A stretch of DNA of 64,000 nucleotides from a virus (taxonomy: Duplodnaviria > Caudoviricetes), in IMG/VR virus record IMGVR_UViG_3300002026_000006, positions 1 through 64,000 of that record; one strand, given 5' to 3'. A program made the position numbers and the translations under genes. The notes under the pieces are model-generated. The model was not told the origin of the DNA. It saw only the letters and a list, made by a program, of their open reading frames with translations, and ran no database searches. Every line of letters starts with the position of its first letter. The stretch's first letter is position 1. Below are positions 37,887 to 46,377 of the stretch, piece after piece.

Positions 37887-37970
37887 CGTTTCTGAGTAGA
37901 AATTTGATGACAACATGCTTTTAGAGTGTTATACTTGAGGCTTAGGAAAACAACTCACAAGGAACGAATA

Positions 37971-38345
37971 ATGTCAACACGCGCTTATGTAGGTATGGTG
38001 TCTGGTAAGAGCATTAAAGCCGTCTACGTCCATTTTGATGGGTATGAAAGCGGTGTTGGTAATACTCTGAAAACTCATTACACTGATCAAGAAAAAGTCA
38101 AAGAAATGATTTCTCTTGGTGATATGTCTTCACTCAGTGCGAATGTAAACCCAACAACTGCAACGCATCATTTTGATTCACCTGAAGCCGATGTTAATGT
38201 TTACTATGGTCGTGATCGTGGAGAAACTGATGTTTCTACTAAGAAGCACAGTTCTGAATCTGCATTCTTGAAATCTGGTATCAGAATGGGTTGCGAGTTT
38301 GCTTATTTGTTTGATGGTTCTTGCTGGATCACATTCCACATTTGA
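37971..38345 (+). CDS. conserved phage protein (YxHxDGY family)
   Basis: MSTRAYVG...VYVHFDGY; AAGGA RBS, promoter TATACT-TGAGGCTT at 37930. Confidence 0.75.
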   Translation: MSTRAYVGMVSGKSIKAVYVHFDGYESGVGNTLKTHYTDQEKVKEMISLGDMSSLSANVNPTTATHHFDSPEADVNVYYGRDRGETDVSTKKHSSESAFLKSGIRMGCEFAYLFDGSCWITFHI

Positions 38346-38347
38346 TA

Positions 38348-38881
38348 TCATTCTCTAAAATCTACAGTTAGCCAGTTGCCTTTTCCGTGGTTACATTGGT
38401 CACAAAGAACCTGAAGATTGTCAATGTCGAGTGCTAATTCTGGAAAATATCTTCTAGACCTAATATGATCGACATTTAGAATAATTCCATTTTCTTTTGA
38501 TGGAGTTTGACCGCAACATTGACATCTTCTACCATGTTTCATAATTGCCACCATTCGCAACTTTTTCCACATATAAGAAAAAAGAAATTCATCAGAATTT
38601 ACATCAACTTTACGTTTTGTCTTTCTACGTTTTTTATCTTTTTCTGGTATTTTACATACTTGTTTTCTTCGGACTTTTGCATTGAATAAATTTGTAATTC
38701 CATTAGGAAGAAAACAAATTCTTTCACAAAACTCTGCATCTGTTTCAGAAGTGTATTGTTGAAAATTCTTTGATTTCAATAAAGCAGAAATATAAGAATA
38801 ATCATAATCAAATTCTAAAGTATTAAAAACACTTAATTTATATTTTGAAATCAGTTGTTTTAATATTTGATTTTTTTCCAT
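38348..38881 (-). CDS. HNH endonuclease (C-terminal domain)
   Basis: CQCCG...NVDHIRSR..FPELALDIDNLQVLCDQCNHGKGN; GAGG RBS before ATG 38881 (ORF extends to 38959). Confidence 0.85.
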   Translation of the reverse strand: MEKNQILKQLISKYKLSVFNTLEFDYDYSYISALLKSKNFQQYTSETDAEFCERICFLPNGITNLFNAKVRRKQVCKIPEKDKKRRKTKRKVDVNSDEFLFSYMWKKLRMVAIMKHGRRCQCCGQTPSKENGIILNVDHIRSRRYFPELALDIDNLQVLCDQCNHGKGNWLTVDFRE

Positions 38882-38959
38882 TTGAACCTCATTATAAAAT
38901 AACCCAGAATCAGGAGCGAAGTGAAGATGCAGGAAATCATTATACAAATTAGAATCCAA

Positions 38960-39690
38960 AAAATAAAAAGATTAGAGATTTTTATTAATATGGTTGACTG
39001 GATTCTAATTTGTATAATGATTTTATGGTTTCCAGAATTTAAATATATTCTTAGCTCACTTCGTTCGTCCACATCAATCCTTCGGATCGCTGTGGATTAA
39101 TTATTTATTTTTAATATTTAAATTATTTATTTTCTAGAATTTATTAATTAATTATAATACTCAATAGAGGAAGAGTTGAATAAGCTTACCCAAAAAAGGG
39201 GAAAGCTTATTCGGTAGGTGGTTATCAATAGTGTGAACCTAGCGAACGAATTAGAGTAGGCGATAAATGGTTTATCGTGGGCGGCTTGACCTATTACCCA
39301 TAACAGTCTTACAATTAACAAGCGGGGTGATAGTAGCCACCTCTAATCGTCTGCTACTATCAGTGTCCTTTTACATTTTAGAACATCATTTTTTGTGAGA
39401 AGTAAGTCACTCTTACTTCTCTTTCTGCAAGTTACCGACACACCAAGAATGAGGTCAGGATCACCTAGTATCAACTGCTAGGACAGCCCTTAAAGGATTG
39501 TAGTGAACAACCATGTTCACCCTCGTCTTTTTTTGATGAAGACTAACATATAACGCATCAACTTGTATTTAGGTTGACAAGAATTTGTGAATCTAACACA
39601 CTTTCTTTGGTTTGTCAACTTATATTTAGTGTTTTCAATTCTTCACTCAATTCTGTTGCAAAACAGCAATTTTGTGGTATACTTGGTTCT
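38960..39690. other. long structured non-coding region (candidate replication origin and/or ncRNA)
   Basis: no credible ORF; at least six hairpins; AT-rich stretch 39097-39165; opposing promoters. Confidence 0.55.
39590..39618 (-). promoter_or_regulatory. sigma70-type promoter TTGACA-17-TAGATT reading leftward
   Basis: tgtcaa 39613-18 and aatcta 39590-95 on the + strand; TAAATA on the minus strand near 39566-71 and 39624-29. Confidence 0.6.
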
Positions 39691-39691
39691 T

Positions 39692-39997
39692 ATGAAATTT
39701 CTTATCACTTCAACCGTTTATGACCGCAAAGGTCATGTTTTGGTAATAGCTGAAAACTCGTTTATCAAAACTCACCCAAAACAGAAAGAGTATGCTAATA
39801 TAGTCAATCTACCAGAGAAAGAATTTTTGCATTCTGAGGTCTTGTGTTTCATCAGAGCATTAAAAGTCGGAAAGCCTTATAAGATCAAGGTAGAACGATA
39901 CAACAAAAAAGGTGATCCATTGCTGGCTAAACCTTGTCCAATTTGTGAACTGGCTATAAAAGAGGTAGGAATCAAAATTGTCGAATTTACATTGTGA
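39692..39997 (+). CDS. cytidine/dCMP deaminase-like zinc protein
   Basis: HSE...KPCPIC; -10 TATACT at 39678 just upstream (possibly leaderless). Confidence 0.75.
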   Translation: MKFLITSTVYDRKGHVLVIAENSFIKTHPKQKEYANIVNLPEKEFLHSEVLCFIRALKVGKPYKIKVERYNKKGDPLLAKPCPICELAIKEVGIKIVEFTL

Positions 39998-40005
39998 AGG
40001 AAAAT

Positions 40006-40287
40006 ATGTCAGAAAATGTTATTGTGGTAAATCCAAATGCTGATGACTCGGAATTACCAGAGGAAAAATTTGAATTTATGACTCCCAATAAGTTTCAGCT
40101 TCTGGTAGAAACTTATGTGGCGGAAAATGATGTTAGCTATATCGATGCTGTCTTATTTTATTGTGATTTATATGAAATCGAATTTGATATCATCGGAAAA
40201 CTTATATCTTCTAATTTGAAGGAAAAGCTAAATGTGTCGGCTATCGAGGCTGGATACTTCAAAGAAGAAAGTTCTCTACCAATTTAG
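40006..40287 (+). CDS. 33: late transcription coactivator gp33
   Basis: SYIDAVL.YC...IGKLIS.NLKEKL..AIEAGYF; position before 59-32. Confidence 0.85.
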   Translation: MSENVIVVNPNADDSELPEEKFEFMTPNKFQLLVETYVAENDVSYIDAVLFYCDLYEIEFDIIGKLISSNLKEKLNVSAIEAGYFKEESSLPI

Positions 40288-40293
40288 GGCACA

Positions 40294-40911
40294 ATGGCAA
40301 TAACTGGTTTTGAGTTTTACAAAATTCACAAAGCGATAAAACTCCACTTCAACACTCCCTATGATGTAATAAAGTATAAAGGTGCAACTAAGTCTACGAT
40401 TGATGAATTTAATTCTGCAAATGATAAATTCACTTTTGTTAGATATGCTAAAAAGTGTGGTAATATAGCTGATGCTATTGAAATGTGCGTTGCTTGCACA
40501 ATGGCATCTGGTAACGGATGGCTTCATGATGATCCAGAAACGAATTACAAGCATCTTGCCGAATGGCGTAAAATAAACTCTGCTTTGGCGTACAATGTCG
40601 GAAATGAGTTAGACTCTCTGGAAAATCTTATCGAGACAAAATTATCAGGATTTCAGTCTTTGATAGATAAAACCGCGAGTGGTAACAAAGCCCCATTGCT
40701 TCAACTATACCTTTCAAAAAAGGTTTTGGTTGCTACAGTTTTGGTTATCGATAAAATACATCCATTTATCGATAACTGGATAAAAGAATATGAGTCTGAC
40801 CCTATGCTGAAGAAAATACTTTTTCAGCTTGTCAAATACAAATCATTCTTGAAAACATTTGCATTGAAAGATGCAATGAAAAAATTTGGTGATTTTATCG
40901 TCACTAAATAA
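40294..40911 (+). CDS. 59: helicase loader gp59
   Basis: GFEFYKIHKAIKLHFN..YDVIKY; synteny 33-59-32. Confidence 0.85.
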   Translation: MAITGFEFYKIHKAIKLHFNTPYDVIKYKGATKSTIDEFNSANDKFTFVRYAKKCGNIADAIEMCVACTMASGNGWLHDDPETNYKHLAEWRKINSALAYNVGNELDSLENLIETKLSGFQSLIDKTASGNKAPLLQLYLSKKVLVATVLVIDKIHPFIDNWIKEYESDPMLKKILFQLVKYKSFLKTFALKDAMKKFGDFIVTK

Positions 40912-40967
40912 TAGTCCATTGGAGAAATCTTAGTGGAAATAAATCGTAACTTAAATTAAGGAAAATT

Positions 40968-41846
40968 ATGCGTAACCAAAGTATGTTTGAGAAGCTAAAG
41001 GCACAAGCCGAAAAAGCAAAAAATGGCACACCTTCATATAAAGAAGGTCAAGAAAATATTTGGAAATTGGAAGCTGATAAAGCAGGAAATGCTTCTGCGG
41101 TCATTCGATTTTTGCCCGGTAAGGATGAAGATTCTGTAGCTTGGGTAAAAGTATTTAATCATGGTTTTAAGGGTCCAACAGGCCAATGGTTTATCGAGCC
41201 ATGTCCGACAACGGTTGGTGATCAGTGCATTGTTTGTACTGCCAATAGCGTTTTATGGAATGAGGGGTCTGAAGCAAGCAAGAAAATTGTTTCTGCTCGT
41301 AAACGTAAGACTAAATATTATACCAATGTTTTGATTATCTCTGATCCAAAAAATCCAGATAATGAAGGTAAGGTAATGATTTTTAGCTTTGGTTCAAAAA
41401 TCTTTGATATGATCAATGCATGTTTTTCACCAGAAGATGCTGATGATACCCCATTCAATCCGTTTGATATCGAAGATGGTGCCAATTTTAAATTGAAAAT
41501 GTGTCAGGTTGCAGGATATGCTAACTTTGACAAATCAAAATTTGCTGACTGCTCTAAGGCTGAAATTGTTGATTATGCGTCTAAGCTTCATGATCTAGGT
41601 CAATTTATTGACCCAAAGGTTTTCAAGTCTGAAGAAGACATGCAGAAGCGGTTTGATCTGGTTCTAAAGGGTGATGCAAGGGCATCTGGTAAGGCTACAA
41701 TGCCTGAAGAGGATGATGACGAAGAGTACGCTGCACTAGCAGCTAAAGTGGCGGCAAAGCCAGTTAAATCGACTGCAGCAAGGTCTTTACCTGAAGAGGA
41801 TGACGATGATATGATGGCTGAGTTTCAGCGTCTAGCAGAAGATTAA
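40968..41846 (+). CDS. 32: single-stranded DNA-binding protein gp32
   Basis: DKAGNASAVIRFLP, HGFKGPTGQWFIEPCPTT, CIVC, GANFKLK, acidic tail. Confidence 0.95.
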   Translation: MRNQSMFEKLKAQAEKAKNGTPSYKEGQENIWKLEADKAGNASAVIRFLPGKDEDSVAWVKVFNHGFKGPTGQWFIEPCPTTVGDQCIVCTANSVLWNEGSEASKKIVSARKRKTKYYTNVLIISDPKNPDNEGKVMIFSFGSKIFDMINACFSPEDADDTPFNPFDIEDGANFKLKMCQVAGYANFDKSKFADCSKAEIVDYASKLHDLGQFIDPKVFKSEEDMQKRFDLVLKGDARASGKATMPEEDDDEEYAALAAKVAAKPVKSTAARSLPEEDDDDMMAEFQRLAED

Positions 41847-41863
41847 TCTGATCTAGATATCAA

Positions 41864-41898
41864 AGAAAAGGGACCGATCGGTCCCTTTTTCATTCTTT
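41864..41898. terminator. bidirectional intrinsic terminator
   Basis: AAAAGGGACC-GATC-GGTCCCTTTTT between convergent genes. Confidence 0.85.
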
Positions 41899-42498
41899 GT
41901 GTTTCTTTACTCCAATCGATGGAAACCACCTTAGTAAGTCTGAACCACGTAAAAGTTTGCCTACCACATTTCGTTCTACTTTTTTGTGTTTATCTTTTTT
42001 ATGCGCAACTGGCTGCACTGGTTGTACGTGTTTTGGTGCATGAGTTGGCACAACTGGGACAGCAACAGGTATAGTTTTTTGCTCTAGATTTTTATCAGCT
42101 TTGATACCATGTGTTGCTCTGATTGAAGTATTGGTATGAGAGTTATAATCATCTACGGTTTCTCCGGTCTGAACATCAACATGGGTAGGGTTAAGTGTCA
42201 TATATGCATGATCGCGCAAAGTATCTCCAACACCATGTCCATGATGGTTATCAGCAGCATCAATTAAAGCATAAGAAATATTTCTTAGATTGTCAACCTT
42301 TGCTTGATGCCCTCTTACAACATGTGCTCTTGCGCTGTTGTTAACTGCCATTTTTAGATCGTCTTCAGCATCTGTTGTTTTCTTAGCATTTTTTAAAAAC
42401 TCAGTGTGGAAGTCATTTTTTGACCTATAATATCCACCAGCACCTTCAGATATTTCCAGTTTTTCTATGATTAAATTTTTAATATTCTCTGCCAACAT
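41890..42498 (-). CDS. His-rich late protein, possible capsid-internal protein
   Basis: MLAENIKNLIIEKLEISE-GAGG; directly downstream of gp29-like gene. Confidence 0.55.
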   Translation of the reverse strand: MLAENIKNLIIEKLEISEGAGGYYRSKNDFHTEFLKNAKKTTDAEDDLKMAVNNSARAHVVRGHQAKVDNLRNISYALIDAADNHHGHGVGDTLRDHAYMTLNPTHVDVQTGETVDDYNSHTNTSIRATHGIKADKNLEQKTIPVAVPVVPTHAPKHVQPVQPVAHKKDKHKKVERNVVGKLLRGSDLLRWFPSIGVKKHKE

Positions 42499-42523
42499 TT
42501 TCAATCCTTTTATATATTTATAA

Positions 42524-44506
42524 TTATTGCCAAACATATCTAGATGCTAGCCATTTTTCTAGAGTGCTTTCATTATTTCTCGCAAATATTCTAGACCCGC
42601 TTGGAGTTTCTCCAGATTTTCCGCTGCTTGAATTATTATTTGTGATGTTATTGATTACAGTTGGAGCTTGAGCAGATTTTTGTTTCTCTTCTATTTCTTC
42701 AGTTTCTTCTATAGTTTCTTCAACTTCTGTCATTTTTTGAGCAACTTTTGATGTTGGGGTAGGTTCAACAATAGCTGATTTTGGTTTTGCTGTATCGCCT
42801 GCTGCTAGTTGTGCTTGTGCTTTTCCTTCGCCATCTGGCAAAACTTCAATGCCATCAGGAATGTCCACATTAGCAATCTCTAATATTTTCTTTTCTGACT
42901 CTGTGATCATTCCAGTTTTGTTCATTTTTTCAACGAGTGGTTCTGCATCTTTGGCGTTTTTCAGATCATTTGCTATCAAGACTCCAGTAAGCCCCACACC
43001 AGCCAAAACACCCACGCCAGTACCACCAGCAACACCAGACCCTAATTCAAGTGCTGCGCCTTTCCAATCGCCTTTCCAAGCCCTTTGAGCGGCGAAAGCA
43101 GCACCAGCCAAAATACCGACCCCAGGAATTGCTCTTGCTGCCCCTTTAGCTGCTGCCTTTGCTGCTATTTTAGCTGCTGCAGATGTGCCTGCTTTTTCAG
43201 CAGCGACAACGGCACCTTTTTCAGCAGCTTTTTTTGCAACTGTCGTACCAGCCTTAGAAGCAGCTTTTTCGGCTGCAGTGCCAAAGATTTTATTCTTTGC
43301 TGCCATGAACCCATCTTTGATTAGTCCACCAGCTTTCAATAAACCAGAACCAAGCAACGATGCTACTGCCAATAAAGCTTTACCAATTCCAGAAACTAAT
43401 TTTCCTGCAAGTGGTAATAGTTTACCAAACATATTAGCCAAAGGTCTGAATAATTTTGTGAATTTACCAGCAAGAGCAAGTAGGCCACCACCTAACCATT
43501 TGCCAAGCATTCCACCAAGCATTCCAAGTAATCCGCCTTTATCGTCCTTCTTTTTCTTATCGTCAGCCGAACCTTTACCATCCTTTGAAGTATTTTTTTC
43601 TATTTTCTCTAGCAAGTCAATTATTTTATCCATTTGATCTGCCTGATCTTCTTTTGATTCGGCATCAGATTCTTTTACACCTTCTTTTGAATTTTGAATC
43701 GTGACAGGATTAGTTGATGTTTTTGCTGGAGTAATTGGTTCAACTTTAGAGCTAATGCCTTCTTTTGAAATGTCAGTTTTTTGTGCTAAAATTGATTCAG
43801 CTCTTGCCTTTTTCTCTTTTCGACTGAGCAGATAACTAGATAATTTTTGAATGTCACTGCCCTGCAAAATACCAGAGTTTGATGTTTTTGACAGCAATGG
43901 ATTGGCTGCTTTTGTTGGGGATACTACAAATTTTCCGGTTTCAGTGTTTCTCCAACGATTAGCCTTAGTATCAAATACTATTTTTGGTTTTTCTGGTTGT
44001 GTTGGTTCTTGATTTTGTATATCAACTTTTGGTCGATTGCTTTTCCAAACTTCAAAGTTTTTGTTTGCCTCTTCAAGATTGAAAGGTTGAGCAATTGGCA
44101 TTGATGCTGGTGTCGGTTGTTTTGGCAGAAATGTAGGTCCAGCTTTTTGTTGAATGTTATTTAAAACTTTGGCTCTATTTGCTTTTGTTGCGGTTGAAAC
44201 CACTGTGGACATTTGGACATTAGCTGGAGGAACTAAAGATTTAAGAACTTTTACAGATTCTTTAATTTTCTTTTCAGAAATGCCAAGGCTAATTAAATGT
44301 GCATTGATACTTTCCTTTAAATCAATTTCGGCGGCTTTTAATTCTTCTAATTGCTTTTTTCTATCTTTAGCTAATTCTGCACGTTCTTGTTTTAACTCAG
44401 TTTTTTCATGGTTATCAATAGAATTTTCAATAGCTTTTTGATCTGGTGTTGTCCCAGTTATCTTAGTAACTAAATTGAACGGTACTCTTACTGAATTTGT
44501 TGCCAT
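42524..44506 (-). CDS. 29: baseplate hub / tail tape-measure protein gp29-like
   Basis: Ala/Gly-rich helical TMP segments (KAIPGVG..LAGAAF..WKGDWKGAALE), C-terminal INNITNNN; synteny. Confidence 0.75.
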   Translation of the reverse strand: MATNSVRVPFNLVTKITGTTPDQKAIENSIDNHEKTELKQERAELAKDRKKQLEELKAAEIDLKESINAHLISLGISEKKIKESVKVLKSLVPPANVQMSTVVSTATKANRAKVLNNIQQKAGPTFLPKQPTPASMPIAQPFNLEEANKNFEVWKSNRPKVDIQNQEPTQPEKPKIVFDTKANRWRNTETGKFVVSPTKAANPLLSKTSNSGILQGSDIQKLSSYLLSRKEKKARAESILAQKTDISKEGISSKVEPITPAKTSTNPVTIQNSKEGVKESDAESKEDQADQMDKIIDLLEKIEKNTSKDGKGSADDKKKKDDKGGLLGMLGGMLGKWLGGGLLALAGKFTKLFRPLANMFGKLLPLAGKLVSGIGKALLAVASLLGSGLLKAGGLIKDGFMAAKNKIFGTAAEKAASKAGTTVAKKAAEKGAVVAAEKAGTSAAAKIAAKAAAKGAARAIPGVGILAGAAFAAQRAWKGDWKGAALELGSGVAGGTGVGVLAGVGLTGVLIANDLKNAKDAEPLVEKMNKTGMITESEKKILEIANVDIPDGIEVLPDGEGKAQAQLAAGDTAKPKSAIVEPTPTSKVAQKMTEVEETIEETEEIEEKQKSAQAPTVINNITNNNSSSGKSGETPSGSRIFARNNESTLEKWLASRYVWQ

Positions 44507-44509
44507 ATA

Positions 44510-44701
44510 TTATCCTAAATTATTTTTCTTTTTTTCGTTTTGTTCTTTGATATGCTTATTCAATAAAGAAATATAAACTACCCTTTCCCAAGGAATCATA
44601 TTTTCTAACTCTGACAAACTGTAATTGTGCTCATGCATCAATTTAAAATTCGTTTGATAATAATCTGCCAGAGTTTCTTGAGAAAGGGTTAGTCGAAAAA
44701 A
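44510..44701 (-). CDS. 51: gp51-like baseplate assembly ORF, probably reached by -1 frameshift from gp26
   Basis: -1 frame reads FRLTLSQETLADYYQTNFKLMHEHNYSLSELENMIPWERVVYISLL...; no start codon before the conserved part. Confidence 0.7.
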   Translation of the reverse strand, partial: FFRLTLSQETLADYYQTNFKLMHEHNYSLSELENMIPWERVVYISLLNKHIKEQNEKKKNNLG

Positions 44702-45393
44702 CTTTCCATTCCTTCAAGTAAGATCAAATTCTTTCCACCACATTTAACGCAATTATACTCTTGTTCAAACTTCAAAGATGGCACATTTGCCATAAAATCT
44801 GTAATTTTTGTAAAATTTTCGTCGGACAAATCCTCTAGCCACTCTACCAATTCCTCGATTTTGTTTTCTTTTGGGTCAACCGTCACTTCGCCATACACGA
44901 TTGACACTACGCAATTCGCAACAACTTTAGTAATTTCACTTGCCAGTTTAACCTCTGACATGGTATAAGCATCATCCATATTTGGATAGCGCATAATAAT
45001 CCATACGTTATCTGCCAATTGAATCGTTGATGATAATTCAACTTCTGGCATAACAATCTCAGATTTGCTTAGATCAAGCATCATATAGTTTTTGTGTTCG
45101 CAATGAATGCAAGTAGAAACTGCTTCAATGCCTTCACCCATAGATTTATTTCTGACGTTTAAAAACAAATACTCAGCATCACATTGAGGTATAGAATTAA
45201 TATCTAAGCCAAAGGCACAGGACGACAAAGCATTTTTAATTGCTGTCGAAAGTTTAGCAGTGTCTTCTTCTTGAATTGCTAATAGAAGTAGCTTTTCTTC
45301 TCTTACCACAAATGGGCGAAATTTGATTTTCTTTTTTGAACATGGTAATGTCAAATCATATTTTGGTAACGAAACGATTGGTAAATTGCTCAT
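44689..45393 (-). CDS. 26: baseplate hub assembly protein gp26
   Basis: LPKYDLTLPCSKKKIKFRPFVVREEKLLL...LRNKSMGE...CxxC...LEGMESFF. Confidence 0.9.
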   Translation of the reverse strand: MSNLPIVSLPKYDLTLPCSKKKIKFRPFVVREEKLLLLAIQEEDTAKLSTAIKNALSSCAFGLDINSIPQCDAEYLFLNVRNKSMGEGIEAVSTCIHCEHKNYMMLDLSKSEIVMPEVELSSTIQLADNVWIIMRYPNMDDAYTMSEVKLASEITKVVANCVVSIVYGEVTVDPKENKIEELVEWLEDLSDENFTKITDFMANVPSLKFEQEYNCVKCGGKNLILLEGMESFFD

Positions 45394-45407
45394 AATATAT
45401 TTCCTTT

Positions 45408-46253
45408 TTATAAACCTAATATTCCAGATAATTTTGATCCAGAATTTGCTATCTGACCACCTGTGCCGCCGATTGATTTGCCTGCAGAATCTGCCAGTCC
45501 ATTGATAGACCCTAGTATACCAGTGCCAGTGCCCTTGTTGAGTGCTGGTCTAGCTTGTATGTTAGGATTCTTTTCATTGTGTTCTGAGGTCATGTAATCA
45601 AATTCAAAATCAACTTTCATTTTATGAAATTCTCTCCCAGCATTTGAATTTGTAAACCCACTGACATATTTTGGGTATACGTCAAAAAAAGTATATATTC
45701 CAACATCGACTTCTTTTGTTGCTGCTTTTGTTGCTGATGATACGCCACCAGATTCAAATGATTTTTTTGCTGCGTCAATGAAGGTTGTTAATGGATTTGC
45801 TATACCAGTTGTAGCTGTCGGTACTGCACCAGACATTATATTATCTACCACGATAACCTGCATTGTATGTTTGTATATGCTAGGTAGATTAGGGCTGAAA
45901 CTTGTTTCGTCACCATTTGGTAAAACTAGATTAATCCAATCCTCAAAATACTTTCTTATTTGAAGTCTTGTATCTATTAAAAATGTCATTGACAATTGAC
46001 CGTCATATAGAAATTCGTATGGTCTTTCTATATTTTTGCCTTGGATTCTTGTTTTGATTGTATTTATTACTTTACCAGGTATTGTGACCGATTCTGCATA
46101 GAATTTTGCTAATGAATTTGTGTCAGATAATTCTGCTGCAAATCCATTATTTACAGAATCTAAGTGCTTTGGTAATAATATTTCAAATTTATTATTTTTG
46201 GAAATTCCATAATTTCCAATTTTTAAAATGAAGTCTTCTAATGTCTGTGCCAT
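45408..46253 (-). CDS. 54: baseplate tail-tube initiator gp54-like
   Basis: NKFEI..P, AESVTIPG, ERPY, F.D.YPK, V.FEFDY. Confidence 0.75.
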   Translation of the reverse strand: MAQTLEDFILKIGNYGISKNNKFEILLPKHLDSVNNGFAAELSDTNSLAKFYAESVTIPGKVINTIKTRIQGKNIERPYEFLYDGQLSMTFLIDTRLQIRKYFEDWINLVLPNGDETSFSPNLPSIYKHTMQVIVVDNIMSGAVPTATTGIANPLTTFIDAAKKSFESGGVSSATKAATKEVDVGIYTFFDVYPKYVSGFTNSNAGREFHKMKVDFEFDYMTSEHNEKNPNIQARPALNKGTGTGILGSINGLADSAGKSIGGTGGQIANSGSKLSGILGL

Positions 46254-46277
46254 TATCGTGATGCTTTCTGATTTTGC

Positions 46278-46360
46278 ATAAATATTAGTGGTTAGATATT
46301 ATGTGGCGTAATATCAGCCTAGCTGGGATGCCTAGAGTGTTCCACTATTACTATATTTAT
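46278..46360. promoter_or_regulatory. convergent late promoters flanking a three-way-junction structure
   Basis: ATAAATA + at 46278 and - at 46354; TAGTGG/CCACTA, GATATTA/TAATATC, CTAG/CTAG stems. Confidence 0.6.
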
Positions 46361-46377
46361 ACACTGGGAGATTTTTA

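Noticed and set aside
39090-39590. tmRNA, RNase P RNA or group I intron
   Set aside because: No tRNA-like acceptor/T-arm ends, no GAGGAAAGUCC, no recognisable P7 elements, and no interrupted flanking gene.
46285-46350. Twister or hammerhead ribozyme (AACACT...ATCCCAG on the minus strand)
   Set aside because: Lacks the GAGGG pseudoknot partner of twister and the CUGANGA/GAAA core of hammerhead.
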